Source of the DNA: Cetobacterium ceti
Lineage (GTDB): Bacteria > Fusobacteriota > Fusobacteriia > Fusobacteriales > Fusobacteriaceae
Assembly (NCBI RefSeq): GCF_900167275.1
Contig: NZ_FUWX01000014.1
Span: 1-64,000, forward strand
Direction: 5' to 3'
Length of the DNA stretch: 64,000 nt
In this document: piece after piece, positions 28,482-38,223 of the stretch
How positions within the stretch are numbered: the stretch's first letter is position 1
How the letters are laid out: each line of letters begins with the position of its first letter
Position numbers and translations under genes: made by a program
Notes under the pieces: model-generated
Told to the model about the DNA's origin: nothing
The model's input: the letters and a program-made list of their open reading frames with translations, nothing else
The model's database searches: none

Positions 28482-31400
28482 AAATAATTATAATTTTTTT
28501 ATATATGATTTTAGGAATTACTAATATTTATGGTCAAAAAGAAATTCCCCATGAAACTATATTAGATAACCCTAAAGCAAAAATAACTACAATAGAGACG
28601 AAGAAACAAAAAGAAAAAGCAACCTTAAATATAACCGTTACTAAAATAAAAAGTAAAAATATAAATATAGAAGTTAATCCGAATAAAAAAATATTACTCT
28701 GTAATTTAAACGAAAATAATGTAAAGATTAATAAAAATGAACAGGTATTTTTTGTTGAAAATATTCAAGATATTCCAACAACAAGTACCATTAATGGAGA
28801 GCGAAGATTAAATCATTTGAGAAATCAGATGCTTTTTAGAAGTGCTGGAGTAGTAGCAGATAATGAACTTACATATAATTCTAATCCTGAGGAAAATAAG
28901 GATGGACATAAGATTGTTAGGGTTGAATATAAAAATGAACCTAAAAAGCTCTATATGGCCGTTTTAGACAATACAGGAGCTTTAAAAAGTGTATATAATG
29001 CTAACTTTAAATTAGCAGAAAGAATTAAAACTAAAGAAACGACCTTAAAAATATGGCTATTTAAAGGAGAAATGAAACATAGTAGTATAAATCTTATTTT
29101 TGACCCTAGTGAAAATAGTAGTGGAGATTTTAAAACTAGATCTTTAGAAGATGTTACTCCACCTGACCAGGCTGATAAAGCGCCTAATATTCATGATTCT
29201 GTTTTTGACTTTAATAATGATGGATTATTACATCAAAACTTTTTAGATACGGATATTTTAGAAGTAACAAATAATACAGGACAAGTTATTTCTAATAATG
29301 TTCAAGGTAGTTTTGAAAAATCAAATTATAAAAAAATTAAATTAAATATAAAGGGATTAGATATTAATTCGGTTATTTGGAATAGTTTTAAAGGATTAGA
29401 GTTAGATATCAGCAATCTTTCTAGGGTTCATATTAATTCACAAAAATTAGAATTTAATATTCTTCATTACTCTGGTGGAAGACAACTAAGACAAAAAATA
29501 CATGTGATTATATATTACAATGATGGAGTTTTAGCAGATCATATTACAGAAAGCAATACAAATTACAATTCCAATGATATTGAAAATTTTGATAGTATTC
29601 CAGATGGAACTATTATTAATCTTCCAACATTAAATAGAAAAGAAATTATATGGGGATTAAAAGATTTTGCAACAGAAGATTTGGATATGGAAGATTTTCA
29701 AAATAATAAAATTATAAATGATTTTTTAAATAAAACATTTTATGATAATAGTATTGACGATATTAATGGAATTAGAACTTTTATTCCTAGAAATTCTATC
29801 GTAAATGGAACAATTACAAATATTACTTTTCCATTAAAAAAAATATATTATACAAAAGAAGATAATAGTATTCAACCTTTAAGATTTACCTTCTTTCAAT
29901 TTTCATATGGAAATAATAAAAGAACGATAACTCCTACTTTTACTTTCTCAATTTATAATAAAGTAAAGAGTATTCCTTATACAGAAAATTTAAATATTAT
30001 AAATGTTCCTATATTAAATAAATTTATAATGTCTGAGGATAATAAAGGCATTTATAATAATGAAGTGCAATATGCAACAGGACATATTAGAATATATGAT
30101 AATCCAGATTATGAAACAGTCTATTTTGAAACAAATAATAAATATAAAACTACCTTACGTAATGGTGATAATCATTTAAGTCCGATAGAATTTACTGATA
30201 ATGTCGGAAATATTTATGAATTAGCACAAGATACAAAGGATACACAATTTATAAGCTATAGAATTAGAACTTTAAAATATAATTGGCAAAATCGATCTGA
30301 TGGAGAAATCAAATTTAAAATAACAATGAAGAGAAGCGATGGCTTTACATCTATTTATTCTTGTAAAATTTTGACAAAAGCTTTTAATCCATTATTTTTA
30401 TATAATAATACAAATTCTACTATAAAAATAAATGATAATAAATCTTTAAAAATTTTTAAAACTATAGAACAAAAAGATATTACTAGTCAAAAGGATTTAG
30501 AAATAGATTTAGGTAAAGTATATTTTTCTAAATTTGAAAGTTTAGATGCTTTAAATTTAAATTCTGAAAACATGTATATGAAATTATTAGAACAATGTAA
30601 TTTAATAAGTTCTTCTGGAAAACATCTACAAATGAAATTAAAATTTAAATATAAAAATAATCATCTAAATATTAAGGAAAATTCAGCAACATTAATTGGA
30701 ATAATTAATGCTAAAGATGTTGGAAATTTATTAGATAATCAAGATGAAAATATTTTTTATCTAGTTAAAGATATAAATAAAAATATATTACAAATATTTG
30801 TGGATAAGCAACAAGAAAGTATAGTTAAGGAATTGGAAATTCATATTTTAAAAATAAATCCAGAAGTAATTAATATTAAATATAATCGACCTGTTATTGG
30901 TAAAGAATTTATTTCATTATCTAACAATAAATATATTAGCATGAATAAAATTCCTGAATATTATGATATGCAGGGAAGTTCTCATTATATGACTATTGAT
31001 GTAGATAATCAAAATGTATATTCAGATGAAAAGTATACAAATAAAGCAATTAAAATTCCTTTAGATGATGAAAATTCTATTCAAATTGGATATACTCAAA
31101 AAGGAGCAATTCAACTTAATTTAACCAAATGGAATTATAAACCAATTAATAAAACCATTTATATTAAACATTATAATTATGGACATACTGGAATTAAATT
31201 TTATTATGAGTTACATTTATATGTTCCTCCTTTTGATCCATTGGATTATATTGAATCTATGAAATTTAATACATCTATAATACCACAAAGAGATAAAAGA
31301 ACTTACGAATTAGGAACAATTGTTTTAAAAAATACTAATAATAATATTACGATAAGAAAAGATATCCTAAAAGATAAACATGGACTAAGACTTATCTTTG

Positions 31401-32458
31401 GAAAGGTTAGTTTAATTGATTCTAATGGAGATATCTATATAAATGCAGCTAGAATAAGATTAAAATCCCAAAAAGAAGTCTTTTTCACACAACAACAGGG
31501 GAAAAAATTAATCTTTGATATTGATTTACCTAAAAATTTAGATACAACAAAAACTTATACTATTTTATCTAAATTAGATGAAAATACAATTAATGATATT
31601 GTTAATACTCCAGAAAATAAAATTACTAATTATAATATTGCTATAGGTCGAAATCATTTCTTTAGAGAATTGCTACCTAAAATTACGATAAAACCTCAAT
31701 CTTATATAAGTGGAGAATCAACTTTAATTTTTAAACCTGCATATACAAAGGGGAGATTTATAACATTTAATGGTGTTAATTTACAAGATAATTTTAAACT
31801 TTCATTATCTAATATAGATGATTCCTTTTTTGTAGACTTACCTGAAGATAAAAATAAAGGAAATGGATTAATTAAAATGAAAGATGGAGATATTTTAAAA
31901 ATAAACTCTTCAGAATATACTATTAAAAATGGAAAATTAATACCTCAGCATATCTTTTTTAAAGAAAATAATATTAAATTATTATTTAAGGTTGAAAATG
32001 GAAATTTAGCTTTAGCCTTAGAGCAATGGGCTTTAACTTCACAAAAAAATCTAGATTTAAATATAGAAATTAAAAGAAATAATAAATTAATATGTTTACA
32101 TAAAATAGACTTAATAGTTCCAAATTCATTTTTTAGAGTTCTAGAAGAAAATCCAATGGATTTTGGAGCAATTATTCAAGGTCAGAAAAATATTAATGCA
32201 AAAGGAAATATTTTATTTGAAACAACTCCAGGAACTAATATTCAAGTATCCTTAAGTAATTTAGATAAAAATAATAGTTTAAAAATAAAACATGAGAACT
32301 CTGATATTTTAACTGTAAAAGATATTAATTCTTATACAACATCAGAAGGAAATAATCTCTATAGAACTAATGTAAGAGGATCTCTGTCTGTTCCAGAACA
32401 TCAGACTATAGGAAATTATAAAGGAAAAATAATGGTAAATATCAGTATTAAACAATAA
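28478..32458 (+). CDS. Giant (1326-aa) putative tip adhesin subunit of the pilus system
   Basis: ATGA start/stop overlap with the upstream gene (translational coupling). Signal peptide MKIIIIFLYMILGITNIYG. β-rich, N/K/T-rich, no recognised domain. Its extreme C-terminus 'TIGNYKGKIMVNISIKQ' carries the same G-x-Y-x-G-x-h-x-h-x-h motif as the other subunits. Confidence 0.5.
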   Translation: MKIIIIFLYMILGITNIYGQKEIPHETILDNPKAKITTIETKKQKEKATLNITVTKIKSKNINIEVNPNKKILLCNLNENNVKINKNEQVFFVENIQDIPTTSTINGERRLNHLRNQMLFRSAGVVADNELTYNSNPEENKDGHKIVRVEYKNEPKKLYMAVLDNTGALKSVYNANFKLAERIKTKETTLKIWLFKGEMKHSSINLIFDPSENSSGDFKTRSLEDVTPPDQADKAPNIHDSVFDFNNDGLLHQNFLDTDILEVTNNTGQVISNNVQGSFEKSNYKKIKLNIKGLDINSVIWNSFKGLELDISNLSRVHINSQKLEFNILHYSGGRQLRQKIHVIIYYNDGVLADHITESNTNYNSNDIENFDSIPDGTIINLPTLNRKEIIWGLKDFATEDLDMEDFQNNKIINDFLNKTFYDNSIDDINGIRTFIPRNSIVNGTITNITFPLKKIYYTKEDNSIQPLRFTFFQFSYGNNKRTITPTFTFSIYNKVKSIPYTENLNIINVPILNKFIMSEDNKGIYNNEVQYATGHIRIYDNPDYETVYFETNNKYKTTLRNGDNHLSPIEFTDNVGNIYELAQDTKDTQFISYRIRTLKYNWQNRSDGEIKFKITMKRSDGFTSIYSCKILTKAFNPLFLYNNTNSTIKINDNKSLKIFKTIEQKDITSQKDLEIDLGKVYFSKFESLDALNLNSENMYMKLLEQCNLISSSGKHLQMKLKFKYKNNHLNIKENSATLIGIINAKDVGNLLDNQDENIFYLVKDINKNILQIFVDKQQESIVKELEIHILKINPEVINIKYNRPVIGKEFISLSNNKYISMNKIPEYYDMQGSSHYMTIDVDNQNVYSDEKYTNKAIKIPLDDENSIQIGYTQKGAIQLNLTKWNYKPINKTIYIKHYNYGHTGIKFYYELHLYVPPFDPLDYIESMKFNTSIIPQRDKRTYELGTIVLKNTNNNITIRKDILKDKHGLRLIFGKVSLIDSNGDIYINAARIRLKSQKEVFFTQQQGKKLIFDIDLPKNLDTTKTYTILSKLDENTINDIVNTPENKITNYNIAIGRNHFFRELLPKITIKPQSYISGESTLIFKPAYTKGRFITFNGVNLQDNFKLSLSNIDDSFFVDLPEDKNKGNGLIKMKDGDILKINSSEYTIKNGKLIPQHIFFKENNIKLLFKVENGNLALALEQWALTSQKNLDLNIEIKRNNKLICLHKIDLIVPNSFFRVLEENPMDFGAIIQGQKNINAKGNILFETTPGTNIQVSLSNLDKNNSLKIKHENSDILTVKDINSYTTSEGNNLYRTNVRGSLSVPEHQTIGNYKGKIMVNISIKQ

Positions 32459-32490
32459 AAAATATATGGACTATTTTTAATTAAGGGTAT

Positions 32491-32769
32491 ATGATAAAAA
32501 GAGATGAAGCTTTTAATGATTGGAGGATAAAATCTATGCTAGAATTTAAAAGTGAAAATGGGTACTACTGGGATGAAAAAGAAAACATCAAAAATAATAT
32601 ACTCTTAAAAATAGATCGTAATGATGAAAAGATAAAAAAATTGTTACTTTGGAAAAAGGGAGATATACAAGAAATAAAAATTATTTCTCCTATAGATAAT
32701 AAAGAATTCTTTATTCGAAAAATAAAACATCTTTCAATATACGATAATGTTTTTATAATTACTTGGTAA
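32491..32769 (+). CDS. Small hypothetical cytoplasmic protein (last ORF before the operon terminator)
   Basis: 92-aa ORF followed by an imperfect hairpin plus T-run at about 32770-32805; no motif recognised. Confidence 0.3.
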   Translation: MIKRDEAFNDWRIKSMLEFKSENGYYWDEKENIKNNILLKIDRNDEKIKKLLLWKKGDIQEIKIISPIDNKEFFIRKIKHLSIYDNVFIITW

Positions 32770-33157
32770 AAAGATTAGAAATATTTCTAGTCTTTTTATT
32801 TTTTTTGTATCTATAGTACATAAAATAATTTTAGCACATATAAATCATTGCATTTATTACCAAATAACTATTATAGGAACAAAAAAATTAAATTTTATAA
32901 ATATGTAACATAAGAAATTTCTATACTAAAAAAGTAGTATTATATTATTAATTAATCATAATTTTTTAAAAATTTAAAATTTGAAAAAAATTTTTATTTG
33001 ACTTTTTTAATTTAATTGATAAAATATATTGATAGCATTTATTATATTCAAATAGTAAATAACTATTACTTTGAAGAATTTATTGAGGTATACTCGTATC
33101 AATATAGGGTCAAATGGGACAATGATAAAGGTTTATAAAATTACAGGAGGAACAACT

Positions 33158-34084
33158 ATGGAAGCTTTAAAAACTATGGATTTAAATGCTCTACTGGAAA
33201 AAAATAGAGCTTTTACAAGTTTAGGAAAAGTTGCAAACTATATTCCTGAATTAGACAAAGCTAATCCAAATGCATTTGGGGTATGTATTATGGATTTAGA
33301 AGGAAATGAATATTGTGCTGGGGAGTGCAATGAAAAATTTACAATTCAAAGTATTTCTAAAATTGTAACGTTGATGCTTGCACTTTTAGATAATGGAAAA
33401 GAATATGTATTTTCAAAAGTTGGAATGGAACCAAGTGGTGATCCCTTCAACTCTATTAGAAAATTAGAAACATCAAGTCGAAAAAAACCATATAATCCAA
33501 TGATTAATGCAGGAGCTATTGCTGTTTCATCAATGATTAAAGGTGATGATGGTAGAGATAAATTTAATAGATTATTAGATTTCTTTAGAAAAATAATGGA
33601 AGATGATTCAATTGATGTAAATTATAAAATTTATATTGGTGAATCTGAAACTGGAAATAGAAATCGTTCAATGGGATATTTTTTAAAAAGTGAAGGAATT
33701 ATTAAGGGCGAAGTTGAAGAAGCTCTAGATGTTTACTTTAAACAATGTTCAATTGAAGTAACAGCTAAAAATATAGCAAAATTAGGACTATTTTTAGCAA
33801 GAAATGGAGTAACAAGTACAGGGGAACAAGTTGTTCCTTATAAAATAATAAGAATTATAAAAACTTTAATGTTTACATGCGGAATGTATGACAAATCTGG
33901 AGAATTTGCAGTAAAAGTTGGTCTTCCATCTAAAAGTGGAGTTGGAGGAGGTATTGTTTCTGTAGTTCCTGGGAAATTAGGAATAGGAATATATGCTCCT
34001 GCTTTAGATGAAAAAGGAAACTCAGTTGCTGGAACTAAATTTTTAGAAGATTTTGCAGAAATGTTTGATTTCAGAGTTTTATAA
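33158..34084 (+). CDS. glsA: Glutaminase A
   Basis: ATG 7 nt after aggagg. 'YIPELDKANPNAFGVCIMDLEGNEYCAGECNEKFTIQSISKIVTLMLAL' and 'KSGVGGGIVSVVPGKLGIGIYAPALDEKGNS' are canonical glutaminase (serine-dependent β-lactamase fold) motifs. Confidence 0.9.
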   Translation: MEALKTMDLNALLEKNRAFTSLGKVANYIPELDKANPNAFGVCIMDLEGNEYCAGECNEKFTIQSISKIVTLMLALLDNGKEYVFSKVGMEPSGDPFNSIRKLETSSRKKPYNPMINAGAIAVSSMIKGDDGRDKFNRLLDFFRKIMEDDSIDVNYKIYIGESETGNRNRSMGYFLKSEGIIKGEVEEALDVYFKQCSIEVTAKNIAKLGLFLARNGVTSTGEQVVPYKIIRIIKTLMFTCGMYDKSGEFAVKVGLPSKSGVGGGIVSVVPGKLGIGIYAPALDEKGNSVAGTKFLEDFAEMFDFRVL

Positions 34085-34121
34085 TTTTACTTGATTAAAA
34101 TTACTAGAGGACGGTGAACAA

Positions 34122-35510
34122 ATGAATTTTTTAGGCACAGTTAATAATATTTTGTGGTCATATGTATTAATAGCAATACTTCTTTTGTCGGGACTATACT
34201 TTACCTTTAAATTAAAATTTGCAAACATAACTCAAATTAAAGCGATGTTTAAAATAATGTTTGAAAAAAATGATGGAAAAGGAATTTCTCCATTCCAAGC
34301 CTTCTGTATAAGTGCAGGTTCTAAGGTTGGAACGGGAAGTTTAGCTGGAGTAGCTTTAGCTATTTCTGTGGGAGGTCCTGGATCTATATTTTGGATGTGG
34401 ATCTTAGCATTAATTGCTGGAAGTTTAAGTTTAGTAGAAAATACTCTTGCACAAATTTATAAAAGAAAAAAAGATGGTATATATGTAGGAGGTCCTGCAT
34501 ACTATATGGAAATGGGAATGAATAAGAAAAAATTAGGAATTGCATTTTCTATTTTAATTACTATCACTTATGGATTTATATTTAATGCTGTTCAAGCAAA
34601 TACAATTACAGAAGCTTTTCATCAAGCTTTTGGAATTTCTCAATATTCAGGAGCTATATTTTTAACAATATTAACAGGTATTGTTATTTATGGTGGTGCA
34701 AATAGAATCGCTAAAGTTTCTGAAATTATTGTTCCTGTAATGGGATTAGTTTATTTACTTGTAGCAGCCTTTATAGTTGTAAAACACTATAGTTTAATAC
34801 CTCAAGTTATTAGTTTAATAATGACAAACGCATTTACTTCTCATGCTGCTCTTGGAGGGTCTTTAGGAGTTATAGTTATGGAAGGTGTTAAAAGAGGATT
34901 GTTTTCAAATGAAGCGGGAATGGGTAGTACTCCTAATGCTGGTGCGAGTGCATCTACAAGCCATCCATTTAAACAAGGATTAGTTCAAACCCTTGGAGTT
35001 TATACAACAACATTAATTATCTGTTCTGCAACAGCATTTATAATTTTATTCTCAGGAGTTTTAGGACATACTGTTTCTAAAGGAATAGGATTAACTCACG
35101 CTGCAATGACTCATGAATTAGGTAGTTTTGGTGGAATATTCTTATTAATTTGTATTTTCTTATTTGCATATTCATCAATAATAGGAAACTATTATTATGG
35201 TATTATTAATATTGCATATACTGAAAATAAAAAATTACTAACACCTTTTAAAATAATTGCTTTAATCATGGTGTTCTGGGGATCTGTAAAAGATGCTCCA
35301 ACTGTTTGGGCTATAGCAGATTTATTTATGGCCTTTATGGCAGTTTTCAATATTTATGCTATTATAAAATTAAGAAAACCAGCTGTGGAATGTATTTTAC
35401 ATTATTTAGATGAACAGAAAAAAGGAAAAGATCCAGTATTTACTATTGATGTTCTTAGTGACAATCATGGTGTTGAAACATGGGATCATAAAGGAGAAAT
35501 TTCCTTATAA
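34122..35510 (+). CDS. AGCS-family Na+:amino-acid symporter (second paralog, co-operonic with glsA)
   Basis: 'GGPGSIFWMW' and 'GLFSNEAGMGSTPNAGA'; 462 aa and polytopic. Confidence 0.85.
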   Translation: MNFLGTVNNILWSYVLIAILLLSGLYFTFKLKFANITQIKAMFKIMFEKNDGKGISPFQAFCISAGSKVGTGSLAGVALAISVGGPGSIFWMWILALIAGSLSLVENTLAQIYKRKKDGIYVGGPAYYMEMGMNKKKLGIAFSILITITYGFIFNAVQANTITEAFHQAFGISQYSGAIFLTILTGIVIYGGANRIAKVSEIIVPVMGLVYLLVAAFIVVKHYSLIPQVISLIMTNAFTSHAALGGSLGVIVMEGVKRGLFSNEAGMGSTPNAGASASTSHPFKQGLVQTLGVYTTTLIICSATAFIILFSGVLGHTVSKGIGLTHAAMTHELGSFGGIFLLICIFLFAYSSIIGNYYYGIINIAYTENKKLLTPFKIIALIMVFWGSVKDAPTVWAIADLFMAFMAVFNIYAIIKLRKPAVECILHYLDEQKKGKDPVFTIDVLSDNHGVETWDHKGEISL

Positions 35511-35516
35511 AATTTT

Positions 35517-35548
35517 AAGCTCGAGAGAATTTCTCGAGCTTTTTTTTA
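35517..35548 (+). terminator. Rho-independent terminator
   Basis: gctcgaga-gaattt-tctcgagc hairpin followed by T8. Confidence 0.7.
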
Positions 35549-35632
35549 TAAAATTTAATTTTAGGATATACAGAGGATATATATTAGTATTATAATAGTT
35601 GTATAATAAAAAAAACAAAGGAGTAATTATAT

Positions 35633-35974
35633 ATGAAAAAAATAGTACTAACATTATTATTAGCAGTTTCTGCATTATCTTTTGGAGAGGATCATAAAAA
35701 TGATATTTTAGAAGATAGAATTGAAAATCAAATTCAGTTAGAATTAAGAAATAATATTACAGCAGATTATGATGTAGATATTTATAGAAATATGGCTAAT
35801 GTAGAAATTGATTTAAAAAGTTCTGTTAAAAACAAAGAGGAATATAATCTTATAGGGCAGAAAGTTGCTAGTATTGTTAGGGAAGAAACTGGAATTACTG
35901 ATATAAGCGTATCTATAGAAAAAGATCATCATTTTAAAGACGATGAATTAGTATATACAAAAAAATTTAATTAG
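35633..35974 (+). CDS. Small secreted protein of unknown function (first gene of the two-component-system operon)
   Basis: RBS aaaggag. Signal peptide MKKIVLTLLLAVSALSFG. No other motif. Confidence 0.45.
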   Translation: MKKIVLTLLLAVSALSFGEDHKNDILEDRIENQIQLELRNNITADYDVDIYRNMANVEIDLKSSVKNKEEYNLIGQKVASIVREETGITDISVSIEKDHHFKDDELVYTKKFN

Positions 35975-35982
35975 GAGCTTTT

Positions 35983-36630
35983 ATGATTTTATTGGTAGAA
36001 GATACTGAAAGCATTAGAAAATTAGTAAAACTATTTTTAAAAGATGAAAATATAGAAATTCATGAAGCTCAAGATGGGATTGAAGCTTTAAAATATTTAG
36101 AAAATGGAAATAAATATGAGCTTCTATTGGTGGATATTATGATGCCTAATTTAAATGGTTTAGAATTAACAAAAGAAATTAGGAACTTTTCTGAAGTTCC
36201 AATTATTTTCCTTACTGCTCTTTCAGATGAAAAAAGTCAAATTATGGCCTATTCTGCTGGAGCAGACGGATATTTAACTAAACCATTTTCAAAAGATCTT
36301 TTAAAATCTGTTATTAAAAGATATCTTAACAAGAAAAAAGATAAAAAACAATTTGAAGGATTAGAGATTCTTGAAGATAGTAGAAAAATTTTAATTGATG
36401 GAGAAGAAATATCTTTAGCTGCAAAGGAAAGAGAACTTTTATTTTATCTTATTGAAAATATAGCCATTGCCAAAAGCAGAGAACAAATATTAAATGGCGT
36501 TTGGGGATATGATTATTTCGGAAATGATCGTGTCGTTGATAACCATATAAAAAAATTAAGAATTAAACTTGGAAAATATTCTAAATTTATAAAAACAGTT
36601 AAACTTATTGGTTATATGTTTGAGGAATAA
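35983..36630 (+). CDS. OmpR-family response regulator (receiver + winged helix)
   Basis: 'ILLVEDTESI...LLVDIMMPNLNGLEL...PIIFLTAL' receiver region. C-terminal 'VWGYDYFGNDRVVDNHIKKLRIKL' is the winged-helix motif. Confidence 0.85.
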   Translation: MILLVEDTESIRKLVKLFLKDENIEIHEAQDGIEALKYLENGNKYELLLVDIMMPNLNGLELTKEIRNFSEVPIIFLTALSDEKSQIMAYSAGADGYLTKPFSKDLLKSVIKRYLNKKKDKKQFEGLEILEDSRKILIDGEEISLAAKERELLFYLIENIAIAKSREQILNGVWGYDYFGNDRVVDNHIKKLRIKLGKYSKFIKTVKLIGYMFEE

Positions 36631-36633
36631 TTT

Positions 36634-38223
36634 ATGAGACTAAAAAAACGCTTAATTACAATACTTTTTATTTCATTTTCTATTTTTTTAGGAATTGAAT
36701 TTATTGGTGGAGAATTTTATTTTGAAAAAATTTTTAGATATGTAAAAATGAAAGAATTAAAAAATATTTCTTTTATTAAGGGAAACATCATTAATTATAA
36801 AAAATTAAAAACTTATCAAGAAGAAAAAAATGCTTTTGTTATTATTTTAGACAAAGATAAAATTATGAATATGGAAAATTTTGATTATTTTACAATTACT
36901 GATGAAGAAGGAATTAAAAAAACATTTTTATTAAATGCCTTCCTAGATAATCTTTATTCTAATAGTAATTTTTCAATTGATAATAGTGAAACTTTAAACA
37001 TTACATATTTCAATTTAATTGGAAATTATTGCGTCCCAATAATAATTAATAATAAATTTAAAAATTATATAGATTATAAATTAGGAAACTATAATTTAAA
37101 AAAGCATCATTTAATTGGAAAAGTATCCTCTATAGAAACTTCTCAACTTAGTTTTACTCAGGGGGATGATCTTCTTGAAATTCTATTAAAATTAAATAAT
37201 TTCTCAAATAAAAATATTGAGTATCAAGAAGCTGATGGAGATCTCTCTAGATTAATAATTGAAAATAAAGGCGATTATAAAGTTATAATTTTTTATTCCT
37301 ATGAAAATATAAATGATATTTTTCCTACATTTAGAATTTATTTTTATGGGAAAATATTTCTGTTTATTATTTTAATATTTATAATTAGTAAAATAATAGA
37401 GAAGAAAATAATTTCGCCTATTACTAATCTATCTAATGTAGCTGATGAAATTGGTCAACTTAACTTCACACAAATTTCATATAATAAAAATGATGAAATT
37501 GGAGATCTTTATAAAAAAATAAATAATATGTCACTTCGATTAGAAGAAATGATTAGTTTATATAAAGATGAACTTTACAAAAATGGAATTAAAAATGAAG
37601 AATTAGAAGAAAAAATTAAAAATTTTATGCATGAAGTTAAAACTCCTCTTTCAGCTATTATTGGATTTAGTGAATATTTAAGAGAGGTTACTCCTTCAGA
37701 AGAAGTAGAAATCATCTATAAAGAGGGAAGAAGACTTTTAAGATTATCAAACGAAACACTATCTCTTGAAACTAAAAAAAATATTTATACTTTTGAACCT
37801 TTTGATTTAGGAATGATTATTGATTTAGGTAGTCGAATTTTTAAAAAAGAAATAGGAAATAGAAATCTTATATTAACTAATATAACTCCTATTGAAGTTA
37901 TTGGAGATAGAGAAAAAATCGAGCAAGTTATTTTTAATATCATTAAAAATAGTACAGAATATGCAAAACATAAAATTGAAATTTCTTTAGATGTTGCAGA
38001 TGATTTAGTATACATTTACATTAAAAATGATGGCCCTCATATTTATCCTGATTCATTAAATAAAATTTGGAATAAATTTTATTCTGATAAAAATATTAAA
38101 GGGCGTGGACTTGGACTATATATAGCCAAAGAAATTTTAGAAGCTCATAATAGTACTTATGGCGTTAAAAATATTAAAAAAGGAGTAGAATTTTATTTTA
38201 CTTTAAAAAGAAATAGGGTGTGA
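36634..38223 (+). CDS. Sensor histidine kinase (two TM helices, periplasmic domain, HisKA + HATPase)
   Basis: H-box 'HEVKTPLSAIIGFSEYL'. N-box 'NIIKNSTEYA'. G-boxes 'KNDGPHI' and 'GRGLGLYIAKEI'. Confidence 0.8.
   Translation: MRLKKRLITILFISFSIFLGIEFIGGEFYFEKIFRYVKMKELKNISFIKGNIINYKKLKTYQEEKNAFVIILDKDKIMNMENFDYFTITDEEGIKKTFLLNAFLDNLYSNSNFSIDNSETLNITYFNLIGNYCVPIIINNKFKNYIDYKLGNYNLKKHHLIGKVSSIETSQLSFTQGDDLLEILLKLNNFSNKNIEYQEADGDLSRLIIENKGDYKVIIFYSYENINDIFPTFRIYFYGKIFLFIILIFIISKIIEKKIISPITNLSNVADEIGQLNFTQISYNKNDEIGDLYKKINNMSLRLEEMISLYKDELYKNGIKNEELEEKIKNFMHEVKTPLSAIIGFSEYLREVTPSEEVEIIYKEGRRLLRLSNETLSLETKKNIYTFEPFDLGMIIDLGSRIFKKEIGNRNLILTNITPIEVIGDREKIEQVIFNIIKNSTEYAKHKIEISLDVADDLVYIYIKNDGPHIYPDSLNKIWNKFYSDKNIKGRGLGLYIAKEILEAHNSTYGVKNIKKGVEFYFTLKRNRV

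Noticed and set aside
32770-33157. Known riboswitch (e.g. the glutamine riboswitch) in the glsA leader.
   Set aside because: I could not recognise the conserved glnA-motif E-loop or pseudoknot elements by eye. It is left as an unexplained long leader.
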